Shown here: one piece after another, positions 40,201 to 53,639 of the stretch
How positions within the stretch are numbered: the first letter of the stretch is position 1
Layout of the letters: the number at the start of each line of letters is the position of its first letter
Source of the DNA: Raillietiella orientalis
Taxonomy: Eukaryota
Assembly: GCA_036172245.1 (NCBI GenBank)
Contig: JAYWIR010000036.1
Span: 620,001 to 684,000 of the forward strand
Length of the DNA: 64,000 nt
Reading direction: 5' to 3'
Notes under the pieces: model-generated
Databases searched by the model: none
Told to the model about the DNA's origin: nothing
What the model saw: only the letters and a program-made list of their open reading frames with translations
Position numbers and translations under genes: made by a program

Positions 40201-43200
40201 CGCGAATTCTGTGCCAACAAATACAAAGAACTTGAAAGTTGAACAACAGGAATCTGATAATGAGGCAGAAATGTCAAAGATTTATTCTTCACTTGAAGAG
40301 GCATCAAAGCTTCATGCAACATCCTCTAAAGAGCATTGCGAAAGTGGCGATGATAAGTTAATTTCAGATGAAAAGTATGATGTCACCTTGTACCAAAGAC
40401 TCATCAGACGTCTAGAGAATGAACTGAATCAGTCTTCTTCAGTCAGTTTAGATCATAATTCTGATGTCATTCCCAATGATGAAGTCCATAAAGGGTCCGT
40501 TGTACGATTACAACTGACACAAGTATTGCAAAAGAAAAAAACAGGATCACTTATTCAAGAAAGAGCAAATGGAAATTTATCATCTTTTTCTCCAGTATCA
40601 CCAGGAAAATCGCAATCTCATTTTCAGTCAATACATAAAGCACAAGGTGAATTGAGTTCAGTTGGAAATTTATACACAGACCGAAATAACAAATCAACTA
40701 AAATAAAAAAAAAAGCTGTAAAGCTTTTACAACATAAAGTCAAGAAAGCATTTTCACAAAAATCTGCTCAAACTTCAACAAAGAAGTTAAGAACTTTTGT
40801 AAATGCTAGAAAAGAAGACCAGTTTTCAGCATTTTCTCGCATGTCACCAAATTTCATAGTTGGTGCACAAGATAATAAGAAAGGGAATAGCACAGAAGAA
40901 ATCTGTCCAGACCCAGCACTATCTGAAATGCAAGAATACGAATCTGGATTCAGCTCTGATAAAGATAAAATGGAAAAAAATTATGGTTTTCTTTCTGCAG
41001 AACAAAAGAAAGTGGTTAAAGACCCTCCTGCATTTGAGAATTCACACAGCCAAATTAAAAAAGTATTGAGTACTGCTGATGTGCCACCTAGAATAGAAAA
41101 TGTTCAGAATGTTCCAGTCAAAGTTAAGAAATTCAAGAAAGAAATACCGTCATCTCAGCTTCTACCTAATGCAAATCAAAACTTGTCAGCTTCTAATGCA
41201 ATTCATCCAACTGTCCAGTCTTTTGAAGTTGGTGGATGTGAAGATTACAGCTTATCTCATAAGGAAAACAGTTTTGTCCCTAGTGATGACAGCTTACAGA
41301 AAGAAACTTGCATTAATGATGTTCGCATAGATGAGAAACACTGTGTAAAACCAGAGAAAATTAAGTCTCGGTGGAGAAAATCACTGGAAGCTGATAGATC
41401 GGAGAATCAAGATCCAAGTTCATCAAAAGTTTTGGTGCATGCTTTACATGGAGAGGCAAAAACAGATTCTTTAGAAGTAAGAAAGGTTACCAAAAAGGAG
41501 CCTTTCAAGAAACTTAAATTGGAATTTAGAAAGGAAATACAAGATAAAAAAATTCCTGAACATGGTGATTCACCAGAACAAAGACCATTCAGTGAAAAAA
41601 AAATTGCTGATAAATTTGATTTCGAGATGATAGAAGAGAATGTTTTTCTCATTGACAGGTATTTGAATTGCAAACATTACCTATGTTAAAATACTGTTTT
41701 AGGAAACGTGGTAGAATCAACAAAGATGCAAAACGAATGATATGTGACTGTTCTCTTTCAAAAGATGAAGTTTTGTCAGATGTTAGAGGGTGTGGTCCAG
41801 AGTGCTTGAATCGATTGCTTTTAATAGAATGGTAAGTTTTAATTTATTTGTTTATGTAGAAACAAAAGCTACTCTAATATTAGTGCCGTGTTTTAATGAT
41901 GACTTAATGTAATTCGGCAATTTTTCTATTATTCCTTTTTCATGCTTAAAGTAACATTGTTGATATTATTGGATTGATATGAATCCTTGTAATTTGGTAA
42001 GCAGCCATATTGATTGTTTCTTAGTATGTTTTTGAATGTGTGTATAAAAATGTTGAGGATGGATTTTTTATTTTTTAAGAATTTGTGTGGATTTATTTTT
42101 GGAAATCTATCTAATTTTAGAAATTTGAGGTGTTTGATGCGTTTTTCTTGTTATCATTGTAATTAAATCTGCTTCATAACTGTTCTGATTGCATTCTTTT
42201 AGAATTTTTTTTCCTTTATTCCCTATGTTTTTTAATGCGGATTTGTTTATGATGATTTGATGATGATAGTTGGTGTACCAGAGTTCATTTCATGGTTCTC
42301 TATAAATGCTTTTGAATCTGTTTCTGGTTTTGAGACTTTGATATTTCGTTTCTGTTTTATTGTTAATTAATTTGGAGGGGGGGGGGAGCATTTTGGTTTA
42401 AGTGAATGTGCTTTGTGTAGTCAAGATGATTAACTGTATGGTGAGTGTTTTAATTCATGATGATTGCATGATCATGTGGGAATTAGTTAAATCCAGGTAA
42501 ACCTTATGAAATGAAGGTGAAAGAAATTTTTCATTTGGTCAACCTTGTAAATTTTTCACTTTTCTTTGTTATGTGTGTCTGTAGAGATTTTGGCATCAAA
42601 AATACAATTCATTATGATATTCAAGATAAGAATCGATGATGCTACTCATTTTTTTTGATGGATCTAAAATTGCAATCAATAATATGAATTATCGCGACTT
42701 ATCCTTGGAAAATTTTCATTGTATATGACTTTAATGTATACATGCATGTATGTATTCTTGGGTATGTGATATCTAAGTTTTTTTTTTTTTCCTTCAAAGT
42801 AATTGCTGTACAACATCAGTATAAATTTCCTTTATGAAGAAGTTGAATCAAAAGTCTTAGTAAAATAAAGTTTTTGATGTGCTATACTACTCAGCTTGAA
42901 ATCTTTATTTTTGCAATGAAGGTCACTGTGCTGAAAGCATGCTTGTTGTGAATTTTAGTTTTAACTAGTAAAGATCTCCATTAGATGCAAAAAATTATTC
43001 TATATGAATGAGTTTTTCAAAAAAAAATTCACTTATTTTAAAATTTGTTCAGATCTTAGTAATTGAATGGGACGGTGGTGGCAAAGCTTTTTTATGTGTG
43101 CATGCCAAAAATTTACAAATAACCTTTATCAAGATGCTGACGTGCCAGGGTATTTTTAATAAGAGAAACAAAATGACACAAAATTGATTATTGCAGAATT

Positions 43201-46200
43201 GTAATGAAATAATTTAAAAGTTCAGATAAAGTAATCCAGTAACATAAGGAATTTTTCATAAAGATTCAAAACGTGACATGCATATTTTAATAATTAGTGG
43301 GATTTTTGTTGTAGTTCTGGTGCCAACTGATTGAGTAAATATTGTTTTGGTGATTAATTTTCTTTAACTTATTGAAGTGCCACCAAAATTTTCGTACCTG
43401 CCATAGGTTTGCCACCACTGGAATAGATTATGCCTCTACAAAGATTCACACATTATGAATCATGCAAATAGTCATTTCTTTTAACTAAAGATGTGAATTC
43501 GAATAGTCTTGGCATATCAAAATAAGTCGTGTACTAATTGTGAACGATTATTTTATTAATTGTTCAAAAAATGTGAATTCTCGATCAGTATGCATTCAAA
43601 TCTTTTGGATGTAGGTTATTGGATCCACAATTCTTCCATAATAAGTACATTTTCTTATAATATCTTCTTTTCATCATACAAATAGAATTGTAAATTTCAA
43701 TCGCCACAGTTTGTTGGGAATTGCTTTTCATATTTATTTTGCAAATCAAGTTATAAAAGTGTTTTTAACAAATCACGTGAGCTTTTTTTTTTGCTTGAAA
43801 AGTTTCAGTATTGAGGAAACAGGGAAGGACCTTTCGTTGCTTAATTTTCTTGTTTTGCATGCACAGATTCCAAGTTTTTCCAAAGGGTTTTTTAATATTT
43901 CTTTAAATGTTGAGTGTTCATGTGTTGTATTTCTTTATGTTGGTACCTCTGCTAGCAGTATTAACTGTTCGCCATGAGTATATTTCATTGCAATTGTGTG
44001 TACTGCAATCAGTTTACTTTGATATAGCCTACATTCTGAAAATCGAGGTATTTACTATTTGTATCATAATGTTGTCCAACTGTTTCTGGCTATTGAAGTA
44101 GTTAATAACCTATTATGTTCTTTTTAGCTTTGTATTTGTAGAGACATTTATACAATAAAAAGTATATCAACGTAATGTAAAGAATTTAGAACTTATGTGG
44201 CTTAGATATCTCAAATAACTAAGGAACAAATAAATAAAGATATGTGTATATGTCATATGTGTATTATTAGGTGCTCATATGCTGATAGAAGTACGGTCTG
44301 AATGTTTTTTTTTTTTTTTTACATTTTTTATATTTGGGAACTGTTTGCATATTTTGTTATTCTTTTTTATGTATGCTTTTCAAGCATGCACAAGCATCAG
44401 CTTTTCTAGGTTATTGTTTTTATCGTTTTTGTGTCTTATGTCCTTAAAATTCATAAGAGATTTTATAATAAGATACATTCAACAACAAATATATTTGTAT
44501 AGATCTGTTCATGAATGGAAGCCTTAGTCAAGTTTTTTTTGGCAGAATAATTTTTGTGTCGGATTTGGAGAATTCTAAGATACATACCTTCCACACATAT
44601 AGGGGGAAAAGTGTGGTAAATGCAAGATGCATAACAGTACAAGTATGCTTTTCGAATAATTCAAGTTAAAAAAAAAAAAATTTTAGGTATCCATTGGTAT
44701 GTAAGCTGATTAAAATTCCAGGAAATGAGGAGAATTTAAGTCCATTCAAGAATTTAAAAAGTCAGTAGGACTTTGTAAGTGATGTATTGCTTAATGGGAA
44801 GTAGTTCAGAGTTTTCAAGGTGGAAATGTTATGTTTCTCTTTCCTTGTTAGGACCCTGTATTTAAGAAATGCACTTGTACAGGTATAAATGAGGAGCATC
44901 CAGATGTATTTCCAGGAACACAATATGTTTGTTTAGATATTGTGAATCGTGTCAGCTCATTGACCCTCGAATGGGTCCCATGATCGTTTCCTGTGTTGAT
45001 TGAAACAGAACAAGTTCTGAGAGTTTTCAGGTTGCTAAATCAGTAGAAATCTCTTAGGTGAAACGTCAGTGTGTAGAATAGGATTGTAAAGCAGGCTGGT
45101 GTACACCGTTTTGCTGTGCATTTGTTATGGTTTTCAAAAATGGATTTGAATGGATGTAATAGTGTAGTTTCCATTTAAGTTTAAAGTACTCACTTTCAGC
45201 TTAAGGCACAGAAGAGACAAAAAGCAAGTTGTTGTTGGGGTTGCACGGATCTTGTGGAAATATTTAAAGAAAAGCATTTTTTGAAAATTATTTTCCTGTG
45301 GGATGTAAAACCAGTAGTAGAACCACAAATGCTAGACTTTGTGGATAGGGTCATGATGTGCTTAATATGTTTATCCAATGAACAATGGTGTAATGAATGC
45401 CAAAAGTTAACATGTTGCAAGTGTAAGTGTGCTTGTTCAGTATTCTCCTTCCATGCGAATCTTTAAAGGAAATGTTGGTTCATATTAATAATGCAGTCTT
45501 GAATTCAGTATGTCATTCAGTGCATTGTAATTGCCATTTCATTAGCTTCACAGATTTGATAGCAAGAGAGGGAATACTAATGCTATGAATGCAAGGGACC
45601 AAATAACCATTGCAAACCATTTCTTCATATATATATATATATGGTGATTCTGTTGGTGAATCGTTTTGTAATTTAGCGAAAATAATTCCGTGGATTAAAA
45701 ATGTTGCACTTGTACAAATGTGTCTACTTCCGCTTCATTTTGCATAGAAGACCATGTAAAGACGTATCACAAGTAGTTATATCACACTGGAAACAAAAAA
45801 CGATCTTCTATTAGGGAAGTCAACCAGCAAAAGAACAAAAACAATTTATTATACGCATCTGTATGTGAGGTTGAGCACAAACGTTTCTATTTACGCTGGT
45901 TATAAATTTCATTAATTTTCTCAAGTGCTTTTGAAGTATTTGATTCCTGATGATTCCTACTGAGATGATTTCCTACTTGAGCAATTCTATCCTTTATCTT
46001 TTAATGTTTGGTCACATAGCAAGATAGAATTTTAGCAAGAGAAGAATTTACGACTAGCATTAGATGAGCAGATTTGACATCTTTTTCACAAAATCTTGGA
46101 GTGTTTCTGTTGTGTTGTGGTTATATGGTCTCTGGTGCCTTGGGTCAGTAGTAGACCATACTAAACTGAAGTCGAAAGGCCTTTGTACAGATGTATGACT

Positions 46201-49200
46201 GCTTCTGTTGCTTGTGATCTTGTGATGAGCTTGGCGGTTTTGCTTAACATTTTGTTTTCCTGTTCTATGTTCTCCACATAAATACTCATCTGTGCTCATT
46301 TGGTGTCCATTTTGCTGTGATTTGGCCTTTTGGTTTTTTGGTTTGTGTATGCTGTCTTTGTCTGTTGAGCAGTGGTTTTTTGAATATCTACCTTTCGCTG
46401 GTGCTGGAATCAGCAATTTTTGCTTGTTATTTGCGTGTGCTGTCTACTATTTGTTACATCTGATGGTGAATGAATCTGCATACAGAGATGAAGTGTCTCA
46501 GAGGTCTGAGAAATTACCATTATACTTCCATATGAACAATAACGTTTCCGCAAGTTCATACTGGTTTTGACAATGTTTGTGCATGCAGTTTGGTGGTGGT
46601 GATTTCATTTTGAGCAGACAAGGAAGGATCTTGCATCTGTTTGAATTACCCCATGTGTTTTCAGTGGCTACCGTTGCCCCATGGGAGACAAGTGTGGAAA
46701 CAGAAACTTTCAGAGCAAGATCTACAAGCAGTGTGTTTGTCAGCCCACTGAAAAGAAAGGGATTGGCCTGTTCGCAGCCGAGGATATACCAGAGTAAGGA
46801 CGAATCCAACCAGCTGAAAAATGAAGCAGCTTGAGGAATGGCATGATTCTAAATTTTTCTGTTTTGGTGTTTAGGGGAAGTTTCATTATGGAGTATGTTG
46901 GAGAAGTCATTGATCCCAAGGAGTTTCGGCGCCGGAGTCGGGATGTTGCGAAATTGAGAAAAAAGCACTTTTATTTCATGGCTTTGAAAAATGACGAAAT
47001 TATCGATGCCACCTTTAAGGGAAATCTCTCCCGCTACATCAATCACAGCTGTGACCCTAATGCAGAAACTCAGAAGGTTCCGCATTTTCCTATCTGATTC
47101 CTATTTGCTTTGCATTTTGCATGTGAATACACATTCATTGCCACCAGTGCTCTGTTCTTTGACTATGCTTTCTTTGCATCTTAGTGGACAGTGAATGGCG
47201 AGTTGCGCATTGGTTTCTTCAGCATCAGGAAAATTGAAACAGGGGAAGAGATCACTTTTGATTACCAGTACCAGCGTTATGGGTATGTCTTGGAAGGGAA
47301 GATGAATGGATGCAATTTTGTTCTGTAAAGCAAGGAAGCCCAGCGTTGTTATTGCAACTCTTCCAATTGCCGTGGTTGGATTGGTGAAGATCCAGGTGTG
47401 ATAACAGAAATGGAGGAGAGAAAGGATGTGAAAAGGAGGAAGGAAGACAAACCTTCTGAGATAGTGGAGATGCTGGAAGATATGGATGTAGTTATTCATG
47501 GAGCCTGTTTTGAAATGCTAATGTTTCTTGTTTATTCTTCTTAATAGTTGGAACAGGAGATAGCAAAACTTCAGCAAACAGGCATCAAAAATCGTAACCA
47601 GACTCTGACCTTGTCCCGTCTCATGATCCGAGCAGAAGATTTAGATAGCCGGCAACTTCTACTCCAACTGCTTCAGGATGCGGATGAAGCTTGTCGCCGA
47701 TTGTTTTTAGATTACCATGGCTTGAAAGTATTATGGAGTTGGATGGTTGATATAAATAATGAAGATAGTTCGACTGATCTCAAAATCCAGGTTACTTGCA
47801 ACATCCCAAATTGCTTGTTTTGAAATTTTACATTTATTTTAGCTGCTGAAAACTCTTCAGCAGCTGCCTATTCCGCACAAGACCATGCTGATTGAAAGCA
47901 AGCTACTATCTGTTGTTCAGAGGTGGTGCTCAGAACGTTCCTGTGAAGATGACGACGACGTTCTGTGCAAGAGAAGCAGGTTGGTTGTGCTACAGAATAG
48001 CACTGTCATCTGTGTGTGAGTGCATGTATGTGTTTTTCTTTCTCTTTCTTCTAGGAAAGATACTCTGGACAGCGAGGGCAGCGCAGTTCTGGACATGTCT
48101 GAACAAAAGAGCAGTGTTGTGGCAATGCTGGCAGCACAGCTCTTGGATCAGTGGAGCGGACTGAAGGACATATTCAAGATACCTCGCATGAAAGAGCGCT
48201 TGCAGAGCCGCAAAGAACATGAGAGAGAAGCTGGTAGGAACACTTTTCATATTTCGTATCTGTACAGCTAATTTCCCATAGACAAAGAGAACATGGCTCA
48301 GGAGGCGAAAGCACAGGACAAGACACGATCTTGGGAAGGCATGAGGTGACTGACCATTCCTCCCTTTGCTGCTGAAACCCTCCCTCTTTCCTCTTTTGCA
48401 GGTGGCAAAGAGTCTACAAAGAAAGGTTTAAAAAGCGACTGCTGCAAGATAAAGGCTTAGATGGCATTCGTTCCAGAGAAAGGTAATGAACGGCGCCTCT
48501 GCAGAATTTTAGCAGCTAGTTGCGTTTGGAGCAATGTGCAGCTACTCCAAATCCCAAAGAATGCAATACTTGCTCAAAGCAGGCATGCCTTTTTTTTAGG
48601 GAACTGTCCAAAGAGCTGAGGAGACAGTTGTTTGAGCAGAAAGTCGCAGCTGAAGATGAAGAAAAGCGCCGGCAGACGGAGCTGTGGCAACGCCACCAGG
48701 AGCGCTGCCATCTTCTGGGATGCTCGCCAGAGTTGACCCCCTCCCATGATTCTGAGTCCTCCCAGTTTTTCGATCCCAATTCTGGGTTGTGGCTGTCTTG
48801 TTCTCCAGGTAGTCTGGCGGACCTGGCTACGGGTTCGGTTTTGGCCATTTGGAGAACCCGACATTGTTATTCCAGGTCCCAAACAAAATTCTCTGCCAGC
48901 GCCCTGCTTCCCAACGGATACTTCACAGGCCACCCTTTGGTCATCTTTACCTGCTCCACAGATGATCCCTTTCCACCTGCCAAGCAACTGGAAATTCGCC
49001 AGGGACAGCAAAGGGCGGTTTTATTACTATCATAAGAAATATCGCTGCCCGCAGTGGGATCCTCCCCTCGACATAAGTGAGGACTCCTCTGACGATGCGT
49101 GTAGCTCCAGCACGAGTGAGGAGAGCGAAGAAGACAAAGTAAGTGAAAGTGGTGGATCAGCAGCCTGCTCCAGTGAGTCTTTCCAGGTTATGAGCCATCC

Positions 49201-49957
49201 ACCTGAACCGTCTGTAGAAACCACAGACGAGGCGCCGAAATTGCCTGAAGCCAAGAAAACTGCCAAAAAGGAAAAGTTGATCCAGGAGGTCATCATCAGT
49301 GTAAGTGGCAGCACTTTCCATGATGTCAAGTACAGTGCGGATCGAATTGCATTGCAGCCTCGTCGGGAAGGTGCAAAAAGGGATTTTTTCAGACCGCAGA
49401 AAGTCAAAACGTTGAAGCCTCATCCACAGCTTTCGGAAGCCGATAAGCGGCCTGCTAATCTTTTGAACGAGAGCGACGAGAGCCAAGATAAGGGAGATGA
49501 AGAGTCAGTTCAGGAAGACAATCAGCAGGACAGCGTGTGTTCCCCTTCGCCGTCGTCGCCAATGTCGGCAGCCAACCCTGGAGAAAGCTTGAACAAGATC
49601 AAAGATCGGTTCCGTGCGAAGATTTCCTCAGTTGTGGTGCACACCCTCAACCCGTATCGCCACGCCAACTGTGTCCAAGGGCACATCGCCACCAACGAGG
49701 ACTTCAAACACTTGGCGCGCAAGGTGAGGATGCGAGACAGAGGGAGGGGAGGGAGTGATGGGGTTGGTGCGCACTCATACTTTCCATTTGTGGCTTTTCA
49801 GTTGACGCACTTTGTCCTGTTGAAGGAGATGAAGCATTGCCGCAAGGTGGAAGACTTGACTGTGAACGATAGTGTTAAGCATAAAGCGCGGGACTTTGTG
49901 CGCAAGTACATGCTCAAGTTTGGGGAGGAATACCGCCGATCTCCCGATAAGAGTTGA
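37294..49957 (+). CDS. SETD2: Histone H3K36 methyltransferase SETD2/Set2 (met-1): long low-complexity N-terminus, AWS-SET-postSET, WW, SRI
   Basis: Exons ~37294-39631, 39693-39800, 40011-41658, 41703-41831 (CDC..GCGPECLNRLLLIEC), 46665-46793, 46875-47076 (FIMEYVGEV..HFYFMAL..IIDAT..RYINHSCDPNAETQK), 47185-47282 (WTVNGELRIGFF..GEEITFDY), 47331-47487 (CYCNSSNCRGWIG), 47548-47790 (FLDYHGLKVLWSWM), 47843-47978, 48055-48233, 48282-48345, 48402-48482, 48600-48808, 48876-49138 (WW: LPSNWKFARDSKGRFYYYH..QWDPP), 49187-49300, 49358-49723 and 49802-49957 (SRI: LNPYR..EDFKHLARK|LTHFV..KHKARDFVRKYM). The true start codon is uncertain. Confidence 0.95.
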
Positions 49958-50245
49958 CCCACCTTTACCAATCAGGCGGACTGTTGGGGGGGGAAAAAAA
50001 TGTTTATTCTTCCTGGGTCTTGTGTTTACAATCTCAGGAGCACCACCACTTCAGCAAATCGCTAAATATTATAGAATTATGTTGTCTTGTACTTGGCAGC
50101 AGTGTTGATTATACCAGTGATACCAGTTGACATTTCTTGATTGTGTGGTGGATCATTGCAGACGACCGCCAGCTACGTGAAGCCGCACGTGAGCCCGTGG
50201 CCCGACCCGGGCTGCGGAAGGAAAAGCTCCCGTGCACGTGCCTAC

Positions 50246-53200
50246 CTACGAACTCTTCCGCAGTCCGTGGCGGGTGCGGCCTCTCGTTGTGGTCAAGTTC
50301 TTGTGGCGGCCACCGCCTTCAAAGTGCGGGTCCTTGACGGATAGGTTGGTCTTCATGCTGCAAAGACACACACGCAAGGGGAAGGGAGGAAAGTTGGTCC
50401 CCGCGTTGTTGCTCTTGATCTTCCCCCCTTTCGTAAAGCGCGGCTTACTCCGTTTGGACGACGAGCGTTGCCGGGGAGTGCTTGCAGACCAGCATGAAGC
50501 GTTTGGTGCTGTAGGTCACGATCGATGCGTTTTCCTGCACCGCAATGTACGTGACGACGGAGGTGTGGTTGAGGAGGGAGGCTCTACACTGCGCGTGGTC
50601 GATACTCAGTACGTATTTGGAGATGAGGCCGCTGCCCTTGCCGCGGATCTCGCACGCCGGCGAGCTGACGTTCTCCACTGAAATCTTTCCTCTGAAGTGA
50701 GGTCCGGTTTCCACCTCAACCACAGTCTTGTCTTTCTCGCACTTGATGATTCGTGTCGAAACTGGAAATCGAGGAACGTTGCAATTGCTTTCCCATCTCC
50801 TGCCCCGTCCGCTTGCCCTATTTCTCCTGTTCTCTTCACTGAGTTCCTCCCCCCCCCCCCCCCATTTCCTTGTGCTTCTTCTGTGCCTGGGGGACAGAGG
50901 GGCTCGTGGAATGGCCGTGCAACTGTGTGTGTGTCAGTGTTCTGCGGTCGGTACAGTTTTCAGGGTGATCGGGTGGGGCTCGCATCTTTACCGCCATGGT
51001 TTCCCCAGGGTCGAGGGAGAGATCTCGAGGTATGAGTCTCCTCAGACTGTTTTGGTGAAATTCTCCCAAACCGGGGAGCAAGATTCCTGCGTACAGATGG
51101 GTTGTGTGTTGGAGGAGTTCTCCGCTTCTCCTTGGACTTTGCTGGCAGTCTGAGCTTGAGGGTGCTGAGACGGCACAGGAGGTGCGGTCGAATCTGCGCA
51201 CGCGTTGCCTTCAGGCAAGCAGTTGGGAGTTGACGGCGAGGTGGTGGGCTGCCGCGTGCGAGCTTTGCTCGTCGGCGGCGGAGTTTCTTCCGCAGCGAGG
51301 CCACCGAAATGTTGCTGGAGGCAAGGGACGCTTCCCGGACTCGTCGTCATCTTCGGTAGCGAGTTCTTACGAAGCAGACCGCGGGGGTTGCAGGAGACCC
51401 CAGCTGGCAACCCGGTCGCTACCTGCCGCGCGAGAGGCTGAGTCGGCAGCTGAGGCACCTTTGGATGCATCGCGTCGGCGCCAACCCCGATGCCGGGAGC
51501 CTCGGTCGCTCCTGCGCGGGACGCGGACACTACTTTGTCCCGAAGGAGGCCCAAATGTTCCGGCGACGGTGCTCGCGGGCGACGCACACAGATTGGATGC
51601 GGACGGGAGTGGACAGGGGCACCCCCCCATCCGCACGCATCCGGGAGCTGGTGTGGGGTGAAACAGGTGGTGAGGACCCACGCTCCTGGGTTCTCGCGGT
51701 TGGGTTTTCCCGTTGCGCTCGCGAGGGTGCGCGGGGGCTCCGCCACGGAAGCTTTTCTGTGCGGCTTGGTTCTATCCGTTGCTCCTGCGCGGAGGAGCCT
51801 CCGGCAGCGACGGCTGCAGCTGGAAACAACCGGGAAAGGGGGGCGGAGGCAACTTACACTTCTTTGTGGTGATGGCGACTTCGTTGAGGTCGGACGCGTA
51901 CGCCGCGGTCTTCTCCGATGTCTTCCGGTAGGGCAGGACAAGGAAGGCGTAATCCGTCGCCATCCTCAGGTCCTTCATCTTGGCCGAATACGTGCTGAGG
52001 TAAGCGTCTCGCAAGATGGACAGTGATCTGTCCGCCAGCCCCAGGACCTGATGCGCAGCGTCAGAGTCCGCGGCAGCAGGAGCAGCGCGCTTCCTCTTCC
52101 CCTTCCGCTCCCCATTCTACCCTGGGTTGGCTGGCTGCTCCGGAACTTCACCCGGCCCTCCGCTCCAGAAGGGTCGTCGCCTAGGCGAACGCCGTCAGCA
52201 GTGGCGGCACGGCGGCTCCTGAGCCTGCCCTTCCCCCCGTCCTTCCCCGCGGGCAAGGCAATCACGACCTTCCCAGGCGGACGAAAGGCCCAGGGAGGTC
52301 CGTGCGTGCGCACACCTTCCGCTCCTCAGCCCTACGATGGGCGATCGGCTCCCTGCACTGGCGGAGGAGAGAGGGGAGAGATGCCAGCAGCCGCGCGAAG
52401 GGGTCCTCAAGAAGGAAGGAAGATCGGTTGCCGGCGAGCGAACACGTGCCCGAGCGACGGGATGCTATGGGTGCCGCTGACCGCCGTTCCCATTGGAGGG
52501 GCTCGCCCTCGCCCCTCTTAGGCGCTAGAAGGACCGGACATGGGCAGCAGACCCACGAGACCGCCGGTCCGCCGCCTCGGGGGAAGAGGCGGTTCGTTTT
52601 CTGGGAGCCGAGACTTGGAAACGTCGAGGGATCTCCCCCGTCTGCAACAGCCGTGGACGGAGTCGAGTTACTCCGCTCCAGTGGATCGAGAAGATCCACC
52701 GGGGCAGAGTTCTCCGTAGGTTTGTCTCTAGGAGTGGGAGAGGGGGCGGCAGCTCCCCAGTCCCATCGCTTCTCGGCCATAGGGCGTCAGGGTGACGACG
52801 CGAGCGCGCGCGGCCCTTCCGCAGGCGGGGCGAGTGGCCGCCACCGTTCTCAGTGTGGGGAGGAGGAGGCTCAGCGGGCGGGCGAAAGTCCAGGCGCCAG
52901 AGGGGAGGTGGGGGGAGGGGGAAGGGAAAATGACCTTGACCGCGCAGTTCCTGCTCCTCCGGCGGATGAGGCACACCCGCACCACGAACTCCTGCTCCCT
53001 CGGCGCCGAAGAGCGGTACTCCCACTTGAGGATGACGTCTCTGAATCCAGGGAATCCGGACAAGTTGTAGATTTGATCTTTGGACGAGGACCAGAGAGAG
53101 GGAGAGAAAAAAATATCATGAGATGAGAAAAGATCGGAGGGCGGGCGGAAGAAGGGAGGAAGGCGCACAGCAGTCCCGCCGGCTCGCGGACCGGCTGCGA

Positions 53201-53639
53201 GCCGCAGGCACAGGCGCGCTCGCCTCGCAGCCCTCCTGCTGCCCGCTGCGTCTCGAGCCGGCCACGCGGGAGGCGCGCACGACCCCGCGCTGGGCTCTCC
53301 CGGGCCCTGGGGCGCGGCACCGTATCGCGCGGGGAAGCGAGGAGCAGGTCCCGGTGAGAGGTCCCCTTCCGAGGTTTCCCGCCGGGATTTCCACCTCTTC
53401 TCCTCTTCCTCTTTCCCTTGCCTGCGCTCTCGTTTTTCTTTCGCTCCCCTGCCTGCTGTTGGGGCCCCGCAGTTCCCACTCGTCCCTTCTTGCGAGGGGT
53501 CCTGCGTGCCACCTACAGCGGTTCCTCCGTGTATCCCTTCGCCGCCCACTCGCTCCACCCCTCTACCTTTTATTGCGCCTGTTTCCGGAGCGTTCCAGCT
53601 GCTGGAGACCAAGAGCACGAGGAGGATCCTCCTCCACAT
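50246..53639 (-). CDS. Secreted/extracellular-matrix protein: signal peptide + fibronectin type III-like domain + ZP-N-like domain
   Basis: Exons 53639-53567 (MWRRILLVLLVSSSWNA signal peptide), 53077-~52941 (IYNLSGFPGFRDVILKWEY..FVVRVC), 52047-51858 (YSAKMKDLRMATDYAFLV..ITTKK), 50761-50449 (C..VEVETGPHFRGKI..C..YVLSIDHAQC..VQENASIVTYSTKRFMLVC) and 50357-50246. Splice phases are compatible. W..LRMATxY fits FN3 and the four-Cys pattern fits ZP-N. The 3' end is uncertain. Confidence 0.8.
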
